Assembly (NCBI GenBank): GCA_003233305.1
Contig: QILI01000111.1
Coordinates: 1,322-65,321 of the forward strand
Length of the DNA: 64,000 bases
DNA from: Mizugakiibacter sp.
GTDB lineage: Bacteria > Pseudomonadota > Gammaproteobacteria > Xanthomonadales > Rhodanobacteraceae
Direction: 5' to 3'
This document shows positions 16,870 to 27,162 of this stretch, piece by piece; the first letter of the stretch is position 1; every line of letters begins with the position of its first letter. The notes under the pieces are model-generated. The model had not been told where the DNA came from and made no database searches. It saw only the letters and a program-made list of their open reading frames with translations. A program made the translations under genes and the position numbers.

Positions 16870-17934
16870 ATGGTTAAGTTTTGCCATCAATGGGGTCGCT
16901 ATGGTTTCTTAGCCGTGGCATTGGGCGGTTTTGTGATACTGGGGGCCGGTTGCTCGCATTCGGGTCAGACTCCACAAAATAAATCCAAGGTAGCGGTGAA
17001 AGCTGCTACCGCACCGGCTAAAGCAGCGACCGCACTCGCCACACCAGCCACAGCAACTACAGTGCCAGCTACGCTAGCCAAAGCCGCGACCGTTGCACCG
17101 CCATCCGCTGAGCTACGAATGCAGGCAATGGGTGTGCACGAACTCTTGTCCAGCGCACAAGAAGCACTCAAGGATGATCGCCTGGTAGCCCCGGCTGGCG
17201 ATAACGCCATTGAGTATTATCTCATGGTGCTGAAAAAGCAGCCCGATAGCCGGGTGGCTCAGGATGCCTTACGTGAGACCTTCCCTTTCGCAGCTCAAGC
17301 AACGGATCAGGCGATCAACCAGAAGAATTTTCCGGAGGCACAGCGTGAGATCGGTTTACTTGCCAGGGCTGACCCAACCAACTACACCTTGACCATATTG
17401 CGTTCCAAACTGGATGCGCAACGCAAGCTAGTCGCCCAGCAGCAGAATGCTCAGCAGTTGGCTGCACAACAGAAGCTTGCCGCGCAGCAAGCGTCACAGA
17501 AGGCTCAGGAGGCCCGGCCTCCACCCCAGAAAAATATTGCCGAGATCGCTGCGGCGGCTAAGGTGGTGGAGCAGAAAGCGGCCACTGAGGCAGCAGCTCG
17601 TTTGCGTCAGCAGCTGGCGGCACAACAGAAGTTTGCCGCGCAACGCGCCGCACGAAATCACGGCGCGGTAGTGATCCGTATGGTGCCTCCCAAATTTCCA
17701 CTGAGTGCAGCCCGACGGGGCTTACAGGGGTGGGTGAATATACAGTTCACCGTGAAGACCGATGGTTCGGTCGGCAATGTACATGTAGTTCGTTCTGATC
17801 CACCGCGAGTGTTTGATCGTGCAGCGATTATTGCGGTCAGGCAATGGCGATTCAAACCGGCTGTTATCAACGGGCGGTCTACTGCCACTGTACACGAACG
17901 AAAGATCCAATTCACCCTGCCTAAAGCACCTTGA
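16870..17934 (+). CDS. TonB C-terminal-domain protein, probable lipoprotein
   Basis: Lipobox 'VILGAGC'. Ala/Thr/Pro-rich linker and Q-rich coiled region. C-terminal TonB domain 'PPKFPLSAARRGLQGWVNIQFTVKTDGSVGNVHVVRSDPPRVFDRAAIIAVRQWRFKPA'. Start uncertain (16828 or 16870). Confidence 0.7.
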   Translation: MVKFCHQWGRYGFLAVALGGFVILGAGCSHSGQTPQNKSKVAVKAATAPAKAATALATPATATTVPATLAKAATVAPPSAELRMQAMGVHELLSSAQEALKDDRLVAPAGDNAIEYYLMVLKKQPDSRVAQDALRETFPFAAQATDQAINQKNFPEAQREIGLLARADPTNYTLTILRSKLDAQRKLVAQQQNAQQLAAQQKLAAQQASQKAQEARPPPQKNIAEIAAAAKVVEQKAATEAAARLRQQLAAQQKFAAQRAARNHGAVVIRMVPPKFPLSAARRGLQGWVNIQFTVKTDGSVGNVHVVRSDPPRVFDRAAIIAVRQWRFKPAVINGRSTATVHERKIQFTLPKAP

Positions 17935-18018
17935 AATCTGTCGATACGTACTTTGAAGAAAATTTCCGGGGCGCGGTATCGGCCTAGGTTTGGAGTAGAT
18001 CTTGCCGTCTACCGGGCT

Positions 18019-18639
18019 TCAGTAGTCGAGCATTGCTTGCCGTAACAGTCGCAGAATGAGGATGCCTTGTTCAGAGTCGAGGGAGGCTTCATCAAGCCGG
18101 TCAAGCATGGCATAGGCTTGAGTATGTCCCCTCGCTGACAGTTGGCTAAGCAATCCGCAAGCGTCGGCGAGGATAAGTGTGGCCATGTCTGCACACCCAT
18201 AAGTGGAGTGTAGGGACCGATGCAGAATCTGTTCGGCTTCTTCTAACGCCCGCTGGGATCGCAAAGGGTATCGGTAACCGGTCAAGGGCCACCAGCGCAG
18301 TCGCGGTGTTCGATGCAATATATCTCGACGAGCGAGGTTTTCCAGTAGCTTGCCCGATAGTCCTGGCAGAGATTGCGTACTGCGCTTGAGTAACCGGCTA
18401 GGTGGGTAAGATTGAGAGCCCAGGGCCTGTTGCAGCTGCACCAATAGGGGCTGTTGTACGGGCATGCTGGAGTTATGTAGCAATGCACCCTCTGCGGCCA
18501 CAAGATGTCCGCTAAGGGTTAGATCGCAGAGTAGAGCGGTTGTAAAGAGTATCTGGCTTGAATAGCCGTTCACGATCGACGGTAAGCTGCCTTCTTCAGC
18601 ATCAAGTAGCAGCAGGGCAATGCGTTCGGCCAACAACAT
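18019..18639 (-). CDS. GPP34/GOLPH3-family protein
   Basis: N-terminus 'LLAERIALLLLDAEEGSL' and overall helical layout resemble bacterial GPP34-family proteins. Recognised by pattern only. Confidence 0.55.
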   Translation of the reverse strand: MLLAERIALLLLDAEEGSLPSIVNGYSSQILFTTALLCDLTLSGHLVAAEGALLHNSSMPVQQPLLVQLQQALGSQSYPPSRLLKRSTQSLPGLSGKLLENLARRDILHRTPRLRWWPLTGYRYPLRSQRALEEAEQILHRSLHSTYGCADMATLILADACGLLSQLSARGHTQAYAMLDRLDEASLDSEQGILILRLLRQAMLDY

Positions 18640-18643
18640 TTCA

Positions 18644-18785
18644 GGAAACCTCTAAAAACCGTTACGAGCGGGCCGAGTGCAAGGCCTCGCGGGGTGAGCG
18701 ACGAGACCTATCAAGGTGATAGGTGAGGAGTAAACGAGCACACGACACTGCAATCGGTTTGCGTAGTAGGTTTTTAGAGGTTCCC
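18644..18785 (+). repeat. MITE-like intergenic element, copy 3 of 5 (best-preserved)
   Basis: GGAAACCTCTAAAAACC ... GGTTTTTAGAGGTTCCC inverted termini. Internal hairpin ACCTATCA-AGGT-GATAGGT. TTCA lies on both flanks. Confidence 0.75.
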
Positions 18786-18965
18786 TTCAGTAGCTTAGTG
18801 TAATGCAAACCGAAATCGGCTGTGCCGGTAATGGGAGTACGAATAGGAAACGGGTACCTTGTCGACACCTTTCCAGCCTATACCATACAGTCCGTCCGGG
18901 ATGCATGATGCTGTTATGCTCGTCAAAGGCAGGTGCCACGGGGGTGCCGCAGTGAGAAACCATTC

Positions 18966-19553
18966 ATGATCACAATCATCATCTTGATTGTTCTGGCAGC
19001 CATTGTCATGTACTTCATCGGTATGTACAACGGACTGGTTCGGTCACGCAACAACTACAAGAATGCTTTTGCACAAATCGATGTTCAGCTTACCCGGCGG
19101 CACGACCTGATTCCTAATCTGACTGAGGTGGCCAAGGGTTACATGGCCCACGAACGGGGTACTTTCGAGGCGGTGACCCAAGCGCGAAATGCAGCGATGT
19201 CCGGTTTGGCCGCGGCCAAAGCCCAGCCCGGTAATGCCCAGGCGATGCAAAAACTGGGTGGCGCCGAGAGCCAGCTCACCCATGCTTTGGGACGATTGTT
19301 CGCGGTGGCTGAGGCTTATCCAGATCTCAAGGCTAACCAGAATATGATGCAATTATCAGAAGAACTCAGTTCTACCGAGAATCGGGTTGCCTTTTCCCGT
19401 CAGGCCTATAACGATGCAGTGATGACGTACAACAACCGTTGCCAAGTGTTTCCGGCATCGATGATGGTTGGTCAGTTCGGATTCCAGAATGCTGAACCGC
19501 TGACCATGGACGATCCGGCCAAGCGCGAAGCTCCCAAAGTGAGCTTCAGCTAG
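18966..19553 (+). CDS. LemA family protein
   Basis: Single N-terminal TM helix, then 'YNGLVRSRNNYKNAFAQIDVQLTRRHDLIPNL', 'AYPDLKANQNMMQLSEEL', 'YNDAVMTYNN'. Confidence 0.85.
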   Translation: MITIIILIVLAAIVMYFIGMYNGLVRSRNNYKNAFAQIDVQLTRRHDLIPNLTEVAKGYMAHERGTFEAVTQARNAAMSGLAAAKAQPGNAQAMQKLGGAESQLTHALGRLFAVAEAYPDLKANQNMMQLSEELSSTENRVAFSRQAYNDAVMTYNNRCQVFPASMMVGQFGFQNAEPLTMDDPAKREAPKVSFS

Positions 19554-19565
19554 TCCATTGCCAAT

Positions 19566-21560
19566 ATGGATTTTTTCGCTAATCAGGAACGTGCTCGCCG
19601 CCACTCCCGGCAGATGGTGGTATTTTTCGTGCTGGCCGTTCTGGCCATCATTGCCGCAGTGGATTTATTGCTTATTGTGGTCCTGAATCTGGGTCAACAG
19701 AGCGGGCAGACCGAGCTCGCGGTATCACCGGGGGTCTTGGTCGCGGTTAGTTTGGCTGTGGCCGGGGTGATCGGGCTTGCTTCGATGTTTCGACTGGCCT
19801 CTTTGCGTGAGGGCGGTGGAGTTATTGCCCGCGAAGTGAATGCTACGCTGGTACCTCCCGATACCCCTAATCCAGCGTGGCGGCGTCTACGTAACGTGAT
19901 CGAAGAGGTGGCGATTGCCTCGGGTGTTCCGGTACCTGAAATCTATGTGCTCGAAAAGGAATCCGGCATCAACGCCTTTGCTGCGGGTTATTCACCTGCC
20001 GATGCGGCGGTTTGTGTGACCCAGGGCAGTCTTGACAACCTGACCCGTGATGAACTGCAGGGCGTCATCGCTCATGAATTCAGTCACGTGATCCATGGCG
20101 ATATGCGCTTGAATATCCGCCTCATGGGGGTGGTGTTTGGTATTGTGGTACTCAGTGTCATTGGCCGGCAGATTCTGCAAGCCGCCTGGTGGAGTGGCGG
20201 ATCGGTTCGTATCGGTTCCAGCCGCAATCGGCGCGGCAATAGCGGTGGGCTCTGGGCACTGGGTCTCGGCCTGATGGCGATTGGGGCGATCGGGGTGTTC
20301 TTCGCCCGTCTGATCAAGGCCAGTGTGGCCCGGCAGCGCGAGTCGCTTGCCGATGCCTCGGCGGTACAATTTACGCGTCAGACAGAGGGTATTGCGGGGG
20401 CATTGAAAAAGATCGGCGCTCTTGAGGTCGGCTCAAGCTTTGCTGAGACGCAGACTGAAGAGGTGTCGCACATGCTGTTTGGAGAGGGTGGCCGTTGGTC
20501 GTCATGGTTTGCCACCCACCCACCCTTGGAGGTTCGTATCCGGGCCCTACAACCCGGCTTTGATGCGAAGGAATTTGGGCAGCTGGCACGTCGCTGGAGC
20601 CGCTTGCAAAAGGCCAAGGATCCGGAAGATCCGCGCGCTACGCTGACCGGTATGATTCCGACCTTGCTGGCTGCTACCGTGATGGCCGGGGCGGTACTCC
20701 CGGAGATCTCCAAGGCCTCTCTACCCGATGCGGTTCGTATTGATCCCGCGACAGTTGCATCGCAAGTCGGTGCGGGGGAACGCAAAGACCATCAAGTAGC
20801 AGCGTCTGTACATAATAGCCTACCCGAGGAGCTACGGGTGGCTAGCCGAGTTCCTGTTGAGGCTTTGTCGCTGGTGCTGGCGTTGGCTTTGGCCGCCGAG
20901 CCCGAGGCGGGGGCCCAGCAGATCCAACTCATTGCCAAGGCTTTCGGTGACCAACAGGCCGATCAGGTCACGGCACTGACGCTGTCGGTTCGAGGTTTGC
21001 ATGCCATGCAACGGCTGCCGCTGGCGGCACTGGCGTTTCCAGCACTGCGGCGTCTGCCACGTGCGCAGATTGAGCGACTGGTTGAAACCCTGCAAGCGCT
21101 GGCCCATGCCGATGGGCGGGTTGAACTCGACGAATACTGCCTGGCAACCTTGGTACGCGTGCAGATCCTGGATGCGCTCAATCCGGCGCATGGCTTTGTG
21201 GTAGGCAGTCTGCGGCTGGTCGATTGCCGTAATGAGTTCGCCCTGATCGCCGGGCTGGTGGCCCGTTTTGGCCATGATGACAGCGCATCGGCCAAGCACG
21301 CTTTTCTGCTGGCCATTGAGGACGCCCTACCGGGTACGACGATCGAGTATGCCCCGCCGCAGGCTTGGCAGGAGCAGCTTGACGTTGCGTTGGCACGCTT
21401 GGATCGACTCAATTCAGCCAGTAAGGAGCTCGTGGTTCGTGGACTGACCCGAGCGATTTGTGAAGATAATAGGGTTCGGGTCGCCGAGGCGGAGTTATTA
21501 CGGGTGGTCTGTGCCGCACTGCATTGTCCGCTACCAATCCATTTGCAAGGTGGTACATAG
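19566..21560 (+). CDS. M48-family (HtpX-like) zinc metallopeptidase with long C-terminal domain
   Basis: 'HEFSHV' HExxH motif between TM helices. The usual LemA partner. The ~330-aa C-terminal extension is of unknown function. Confidence 0.8.
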   Translation: MDFFANQERARRHSRQMVVFFVLAVLAIIAAVDLLLIVVLNLGQQSGQTELAVSPGVLVAVSLAVAGVIGLASMFRLASLREGGGVIAREVNATLVPPDTPNPAWRRLRNVIEEVAIASGVPVPEIYVLEKESGINAFAAGYSPADAAVCVTQGSLDNLTRDELQGVIAHEFSHVIHGDMRLNIRLMGVVFGIVVLSVIGRQILQAAWWSGGSVRIGSSRNRRGNSGGLWALGLGLMAIGAIGVFFARLIKASVARQRESLADASAVQFTRQTEGIAGALKKIGALEVGSSFAETQTEEVSHMLFGEGGRWSSWFATHPPLEVRIRALQPGFDAKEFGQLARRWSRLQKAKDPEDPRATLTGMIPTLLAATVMAGAVLPEISKASLPDAVRIDPATVASQVGAGERKDHQVAASVHNSLPEELRVASRVPVEALSLVLALALAAEPEAGAQQIQLIAKAFGDQQADQVTALTLSVRGLHAMQRLPLAALAFPALRRLPRAQIERLVETLQALAHADGRVELDEYCLATLVRVQILDALNPAHGFVVGSLRLVDCRNEFALIAGLVARFGHDDSASAKHAFLLAIEDALPGTTIEYAPPQAWQEQLDVALARLDRLNSASKELVVRGLTRAICEDNRVRVAEAELLRVVCAALHCPLPIHLQGGT

Positions 21561-21617
21561 ATGGCCGCGCGGAATCCTCGGGTTGACTGAGACCGATGGT
21601 CGTAGTCCGGTAGATCG

Positions 21618-23225
21618 CTAGTTTTGACTCGTTTCCGTACAAGCTCGGCCGAGTATTCGGTCCGCCGCCTGTTCAGCGATCATGATAACTGGGGCATGGG
21701 TATTGCCGGTCGGCAGATCGGGCATGATCGAGGCGTCAACCACACGCAGTCCGGCAATGCCATGGACTCGCAGCTCGCTGTCCACTACAGCTTTAGTATC
21801 ACGCCCCATCCGGCAGGTACCGACCGGGTGGTAGATGGTTTCAGCCTTGTGGCGAATAAAGGCTGCAAGTGCCGCGTGGTCGGTGATCTCAGCACCGGGA
21901 AAGATTTCCTGACCGCGATATGGATTGAAAGGAGTCTGGGCGAACAGCTCGCGGGACCGCTGCACGCCCTCAATCAGCATAGCAAGGTCATACCCTTGCG
22001 GATCACTGAGATATCCTGGTGTGATACTCGCCGCCACCCCCGGATCAGCCGCAGCAAGGCGGATGTTGCCACGACTTTTCGGGTGCAGGCCGCAGGCGTG
22101 CAAGGTGTAACCGTTACCTGACATGCGGTGACGGCCATGATCATCAAGTAGGGCCGGAACAAAATGGAACTGCAGGTCACATCCGGGACTCTCGGCAAGT
22201 TGGGAACGTACAAAGCCTCCCGCCTCGGCAATGTTCGAGGTGCCGATACCCTGGTGATGCAGCAAATATTGCAAAGCTACCCGCACATCGCTGGGGTGAT
22301 CGTAGGTGTCGCGATACGGAGTCGAAGCCAGGGTGCAGATATCCAGATGGTCCTGCAAATTACCCCCAACCCCGGGAGCATCGTGGTGGACATGAATACT
22401 GTGCGCACGCAAGTGATCGGCCGGGCCGATACCCGAGAGCATTAGCAGTTGCGGCGAGTTGATCGTGCCACCGCATAGCAGCACTTCGCCGGCTTCTACA
22501 AAATACGTACGACCCCAGCGATTGCGTATCCACACGCCGCTGGCCCGGCCCTGGCTGATCTCGACTCGTTCGACCAAGGCGTGAGTACGTATGCTCAAAT
22601 TGTGGCGATTACGTGCCGGTTTGAGGTAGGCGGTGGCGGCCGAACAGCGTGCACCATTGCGCTGGGTAACCTGATACAGACCAAAACCAGCCTGCTCGGG
22701 GCCGTTGAAATCGGAGTTGTGGGCGTATCCTGCGGCCAGCGCCGCCTCGATCAACGCGTCCGATAAAGGATTGTGATAACGCAGGTCAGAGACCGTTAGC
22801 GGACCTCCGGCACCATGCCAGGTGTCGGCACCGCGTTGGTTGTCCTCAGCCCGTTTGAAGTAGGGAAGCACCGCTTGCCAACTCCAGCGCGTATCATCAC
22901 TCAGTTCCGCCCAGCGATCGTAGTCGGCAGGGATGCCACGTACATAGCACATCGCATTGATTGAACTGGATCCTCCCAGCACCTTGCCACGCGGCCACCA
23001 TAGCCGGCGGTTTTCGAGCTCACTCACGGGCTCGGTGTCGTAGTTCCAGTTGATCCTGGAGCGACTCATCAGCTTGGCTAAGCCGGCAGGCATGTGGATG
23101 AAGGGGTGCCAATCGCTAGGTCCGGCCTCAACCAGCAGTACCCGCCGGGCGGGGTCAGCCGACAGACGGTTGGCAAGCACGCAGCCAGCCGAACCGGCGC
23201 CGATGATGATGCTGTCAAAAGTCAT
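21618..23225 (-). CDS. GMC-family oxidoreductase (choline dehydrogenase-like)
   Basis: '[20 protein letters not shown]', '[13 protein letters not shown]', C-terminal 'HPVGTCRMG' and 'VVDASIMP'. Confidence 0.85.
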   Translation of the reverse strand: MTFDSIIIGAGSAGCVLANRLSADPARRVLLVEAGPSDWHPFIHMPAGLAKLMSRSRINWNYDTEPVSELENRRLWWPRGKVLGGSSSINAMCYVRGIPADYDRWAELSDDTRWSWQAVLPYFKRAEDNQRGADTWHGAGGPLTVSDLRYHNPLSDALIEAALAAGYAHNSDFNGPEQAGFGLYQVTQRNGARCSAATAYLKPARNRHNLSIRTHALVERVEISQGRASGVWIRNRWGRTYFVEAGEVLLCGGTINSPQLLMLSGIGPADHLRAHSIHVHHDAPGVGGNLQDHLDICTLASTPYRDTYDHPSDVRVALQYLLHHQGIGTSNIAEAGGFVRSQLAESPGCDLQFHFVPALLDDHGRHRMSGNGYTLHACGLHPKSRGNIRLAAADPGVAASITPGYLSDPQGYDLAMLIEGVQRSRELFAQTPFNPYRGQEIFPGAEITDHAALAAFIRHKAETIYHPVGTCRMGRDTKAVVDSELRVHGIAGLRVVDASIMPDLPTGNTHAPVIMIAEQAADRILGRACTETSQN

Positions 23226-23412
23226 AGGTGACTCCGTTTGCCACAGACCTTTACAGTGCTCGTCAAGCCATTGTCTGGCAAGACTGCATCGCATCTGTGT
23301 TAACAGATTGCGGGTACCGTAATCCCCTCTGGTTACAGAGCGCCTGTGGCTGTGGTGGGCAGCTTAGGTCTCCTATACCGGCCCAATCTACGACAGTGCA
23401 GGTACACAGCGC

Positions 23413-23586
23413 TAAAGTCTGCCATCCCGGGCGGAGCGTAGCGGAGACCCGGGATCCACGTACTGGCGACATTGCCTAAAGTTCCGATGGAACCTCCGAC
23501 ACTTTCCGGGCCGGGTAGATTCCTGCCTGCGCAGGAATGACGACAAGAGGGCCGGTTGGTGGATTCACGCCTGCGCGAGAATGGCC
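23413..23586 (-). repeat. REP-like palindromic unit(s), inverted orientation
   Basis: ATCCCGGGC..GACCCGGGATCCACG ... TCCGGGCCGGGTAGATTCCTGCCTGCGCAGGAATGAC plus a second partial GGATTCACGCCTGCGCGAGAATG. Confidence 0.7.
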
Positions 23587-23644
23587 AATGTAAACCGCCC
23601 CTGTTCTTCTTTCCCAGCGGGACGAGATTATGCTTCCGGTCGGC

Positions 23645-24073
23645 TCAGCTGACAATATAGCGTTGTAATTGCTCGATCTCGGTAGCTTGATCGTCGATAA
23701 CCGCCTTAACCAGATCACCGATTGATATCACACCGACAACCCGTCCGGATTGCTCTACCGGAAGGTGCCGGAAGCGCCCTTCGGTACAGAGTTTCATACA
23801 GGCCTCGACCGATTCTTCTGGGGTAACGGAGACCGGTGTCGAGGACATGATTTCCTTCACCGGGGTATCGTTGGAATGCTGGCCCAGAAGAATGACTTTC
23901 CGTGCATAGTCACGTTCGGAAATGATGCCGAGAAGCTTCTCATTACGCATCACCAGCAAGGCCCCGATACGATGCTCAGCCATGTGCTGGAGTGCTTCCA
24001 GAACGGTTTGGTCCGGGTCAATCGAATAGACGTCGGAACCCTTGCCTTCAAGTAGATGTTTAACCTGACACAT
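23645..24073 (-). CDS. CBS domain pair protein
   Basis: 'VYSIDPDQTVLEALQHMAEHRIGALLVM', 'GIISERDYARK', 'RHLPVEQSGRVVGVISIGDLVK'. Internal start MCQVKH. Confidence 0.75.
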   Translation of the reverse strand: MCQVKHLLEGKGSDVYSIDPDQTVLEALQHMAEHRIGALLVMRNEKLLGIISERDYARKVILLGQHSNDTPVKEIMSSTPVSVTPEESVEACMKLCTEGRFRHLPVEQSGRVVGVISIGDLVKAVIDDQATEIEQLQRYIVS

Positions 24074-24250
24074 TGTATGTTCCCTATGGTTGGCAGCCCT
24101 GTGGCACAAGTTTAGCGCGATGCTACGAGGCCTGCACGGTGGCTCATCGAGGCAGATAGACCCATCCGCCGAGTTGCCACATCGGTGTTTTGACCTAGGT
24201 GGCTCGGTGCTGCAAGTGAGGTGATCGGCGGTGACTGCCGGGAGCTGCAA

Positions 24251-27004
24251 TCAGGCTACCGCACCTTGGCGCAATGCCAACCAGTGGCGTAGCGGTTGCG
24301 GGCGCCCAAACAGGTAGCCCTGACCATACGGGCAACCAATCTGGGCGATCAGTTCGCGCTGGGTCTCGTTTTCAATTCCCTCGGCGATGAGTTGCAGATC
24401 AAGCGTGGTCGCCAGAGCCTGGATGGCACGCACTACGGCAAAGCTGCTGCCTTGTTTGCCATCGGCCAACCCGGTAATGAAGGAACGGTCGATTTTCAGC
24501 GCATGTAAGCGGTACTGGTGTAGATAACTCAGCGAGGAATAGCCGGTACCAAAATCATCCAGGGATATGTAGATGCCCTGTTCACGCAATTCATTGAGAA
24601 TCTGTCTGAAGGTTTGTGGGTTATCCAGCAGTACCCGTTCGGTTACCTCGACCCGTAAACGTTCCGGGGGGACGTTATGGCGGGCCAGCATGGCCAGCAG
24701 ACGTCCGGTCAGACCGCTATTACTGAAATGCTTTGCCGACAGATTGATGCTGACAAAGCCCGACTGAGTGCCAAGTAGGCGACCGATTTCACCGGTTACT
24801 TGTTCGAAAATCATCCAGTCCATGGCCTCAGAGACGCCGCTGTCATCGGCAACACCAAGAAAATCGTCGGGGGACAAGATCCCACGAGTGGGATGTTGCC
24901 AGCGCATCAAGGCCTCGTAGCCCACGATGGTACCGTCTTGGATCCCGGCAATGGGTTGATAGAAGGGCAGGAATTCATTACGGCTCTGGGCCCGGTGCAG
25001 ATCGACCTCGAGATCGAGGAGGGTGACGGCTTCCAAGCGCAATTGCTCGTCGAACACGGCCCAGCGTTGCCGCCCATCGGACTTGGCTCGATACATGGCG
25101 GCGTCGGCGTCTCTAAGCAGGTCCTCCGGTCGGGTGTAGCGCTGCTCAGACAGAATGATGCCAATTGAAGTAGAAGTGAAAACTTCCTTGGCACCAATCT
25201 GGAATGGAGCCTGCATTGAGGCCAGCACCCGGTCAGCAACTTGACTGGCGTCTTGCAGACCGGTGATCCCTTCCAGTAGTACCGCGAATTCATCGCCCCC
25301 CATGCGGGCTACCACGTCCTGGGTTTTGAGGCAGGAACGGATGCGATTACCAACCTGACACAACAGGTCATCACCGATCAGGTGGCCGACAGAATCATTG
25401 ATGATCTTGAATCGATCCAGGTCAAGGAACAGTACCGCGAAATGTCGGGCTGGATCCATGTGAATCCGTTCCAGGGCATGCTCGAGCCGTTGCGTCAACA
25501 GGATGCGATTGGGTAGGCCAGTAAGTGAATCGTGCAGGGTTTCGAATTTCAGGCGGCGCTCGACTCGTTCACGTTCAGCAATTTGTTCGCGTAGATCACG
25601 ATTGGCCAGGGCCAGGGCCCGGGTGCGTTCCGCAACGTGCCGTTCAAGATCGGTATTGGCAAGTTTGAGTGAGTCGGCCGCACGCCGACGGTCCAGCGCG
25701 TTGGCAATGTGATAGGACACAAAGGTAAGCAGATCCTGATCGCGGGTGGTGTAGCAATGCTCAGTGCTGTAGCTCTGTACCACCAGGGCACCCACGCAAC
25801 GCTCCCCGATCACCAGCGGTACACCCAGCCAGGATTCGGGATCCGTGCCCATCTGTACCACTTCACCGGATTCGCGGAGTTTCTTGATGATGTCGCGATT
25901 GGCAAGCAGGGCAGCACCGTGGTGCAGCACATATTCGGTTAACCCATGGCTGACCCGGCGGGGTTGTGGACTGCCGTCCTGCTCATCCACTGCATAGGGG
26001 AAATGCAATTCCTGGGTATCATCAGAGAGCAGTGAGATATAAAAGTTGCGGGCATACAGTAACCCACCGACAACGTGGTGTACGGCGGCATAGAAGGTTT
26101 CCAGGGAGTCGCTGGTCCCGGCCAGTTCAGCGATCCGGAACAGGGCTGCTTGCAGGCGTTCACCACGCTGGCGCTCAAGTACCTGTTGCTGCAGAACCTG
26201 ATTGGCATCCCGTAATGCTTCGGTCCGTTGCGTGACGCGATGTTCCAGCTCGGCCCGGTTTTCACGTCTTTCCAATGCCACTTGTATATGTTGGGCTACA
26301 TAGGTCAGTAGGGTTTGATCAGCATCAGAGTAACGGGCGTCCTCACGGTAACTTTGTACCGCAATGGCTCCTATTACCTCCTGGTCACGCAACATCGGCA
26401 CCCCCAACCAGTCCACACATGCCGGCCCGATAGGGTTGAGTAGTCCGTCCACTTGATCAGCGATGCTATCGAGCGATCCGCGCAGAGCTCGGCCATTGCG
26501 CAGTAGATACCAGGTTGGGCTCTGCCGAAGATCATCCAGTGGGAAACTACGTTCGGCATCGGGTGGATTGGCATCGGTAATGTCGGCGTAGTAGCCGAAG
26601 CGCACAGTTTGCTGCTGCCGATTGTAGAGGACAAAAAAGCAGTTTTCAGCGTAGGTCAGACTGCGTACGATGCCATGCAGACGTCGCATGACTTCATGCA
26701 GGGGTTGTTGAGCCTCAGCTTGTTCAGCAATAGCATACAGAGCCCGCTGCAAGCGTTCGGCTTGCTGTAACCTGCCCACCTCGTGGCGTAGGCTTTCCAA
26801 CTCATCGATATGCTGCTGCTGCGTCTCGATTAAGCTCTCAGCCCAGCGCAACAATGAGGTGGCAGGTGCGCTGGGAAGCTCTGCTGCTGCAGCCCGCAAG
26901 TGCTCGGCGGCGCTAGCCAGATCAGTAGGTTGATTGGCGCAGAACAGCGATCCGACCAGATCGGGCAAGTCCGGCAGCTGGAGTTTTGCAGACGGTGTCA
27001 CCAT
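24251..27004 (-). CDS. GAF-GAF-GGDEF-EAL c-di-GMP signalling protein
   Basis: 'RMGGDEFAVLL' GGDEF and 'GYEALMRW' EAL motifs, 'DDFGTGYSSL'. Two GAF-like regions N-terminal. Confidence 0.85.
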   Translation of the reverse strand: MVTPSAKLQLPDLPDLVGSLFCANQPTDLASAAEHLRAAAAELPSAPATSLLRWAESLIETQQQHIDELESLRHEVGRLQQAERLQRALYAIAEQAEAQQPLHEVMRRLHGIVRSLTYAENCFFVLYNRQQQTVRFGYYADITDANPPDAERSFPLDDLRQSPTWYLLRNGRALRGSLDSIADQVDGLLNPIGPACVDWLGVPMLRDQEVIGAIAVQSYREDARYSDADQTLLTYVAQHIQVALERRENRAELEHRVTQRTEALRDANQVLQQQVLERQRGERLQAALFRIAELAGTSDSLETFYAAVHHVVGGLLYARNFYISLLSDDTQELHFPYAVDEQDGSPQPRRVSHGLTEYVLHHGAALLANRDIIKKLRESGEVVQMGTDPESWLGVPLVIGERCVGALVVQSYSTEHCYTTRDQDLLTFVSYHIANALDRRRAADSLKLANTDLERHVAERTRALALANRDLREQIAERERVERRLKFETLHDSLTGLPNRILLTQRLEHALERIHMDPARHFAVLFLDLDRFKIINDSVGHLIGDDLLCQVGNRIRSCLKTQDVVARMGGDEFAVLLEGITGLQDASQVADRVLASMQAPFQIGAKEVFTSTSIGIILSEQRYTRPEDLLRDADAAMYRAKSDGRQRWAVFDEQLRLEAVTLLDLEVDLHRAQSRNEFLPFYQPIAGIQDGTIVGYEALMRWQHPTRGILSPDDFLGVADDSGVSEAMDWMIFEQVTGEIGRLLGTQSGFVSINLSAKHFSNSGLTGRLLAMLARHNVPPERLRVEVTERVLLDNPQTFRQILNELREQGIYISLDDFGTGYSSLSYLHQYRLHALKIDRSFITGLADGKQGSSFAVVRAIQALATTLDLQLIAEGIENETQRELIAQIGCPYGQGYLFGRPQPLRHWLALRQGAVA

Positions 27005-27162
27005 ATCAATGGGGGCGGTGTTGCGAAATTGTGCGGGTGGTCACGAGATGAGCCATAAAGTCTTGTTACGCAGTGCCGATGCTATTAGATAAATGTAAAA
27101 CGATGTAACATTCAACTACCTTACAATAACGTCTCACCGGTAACATAGTCGAAGAAATAACG

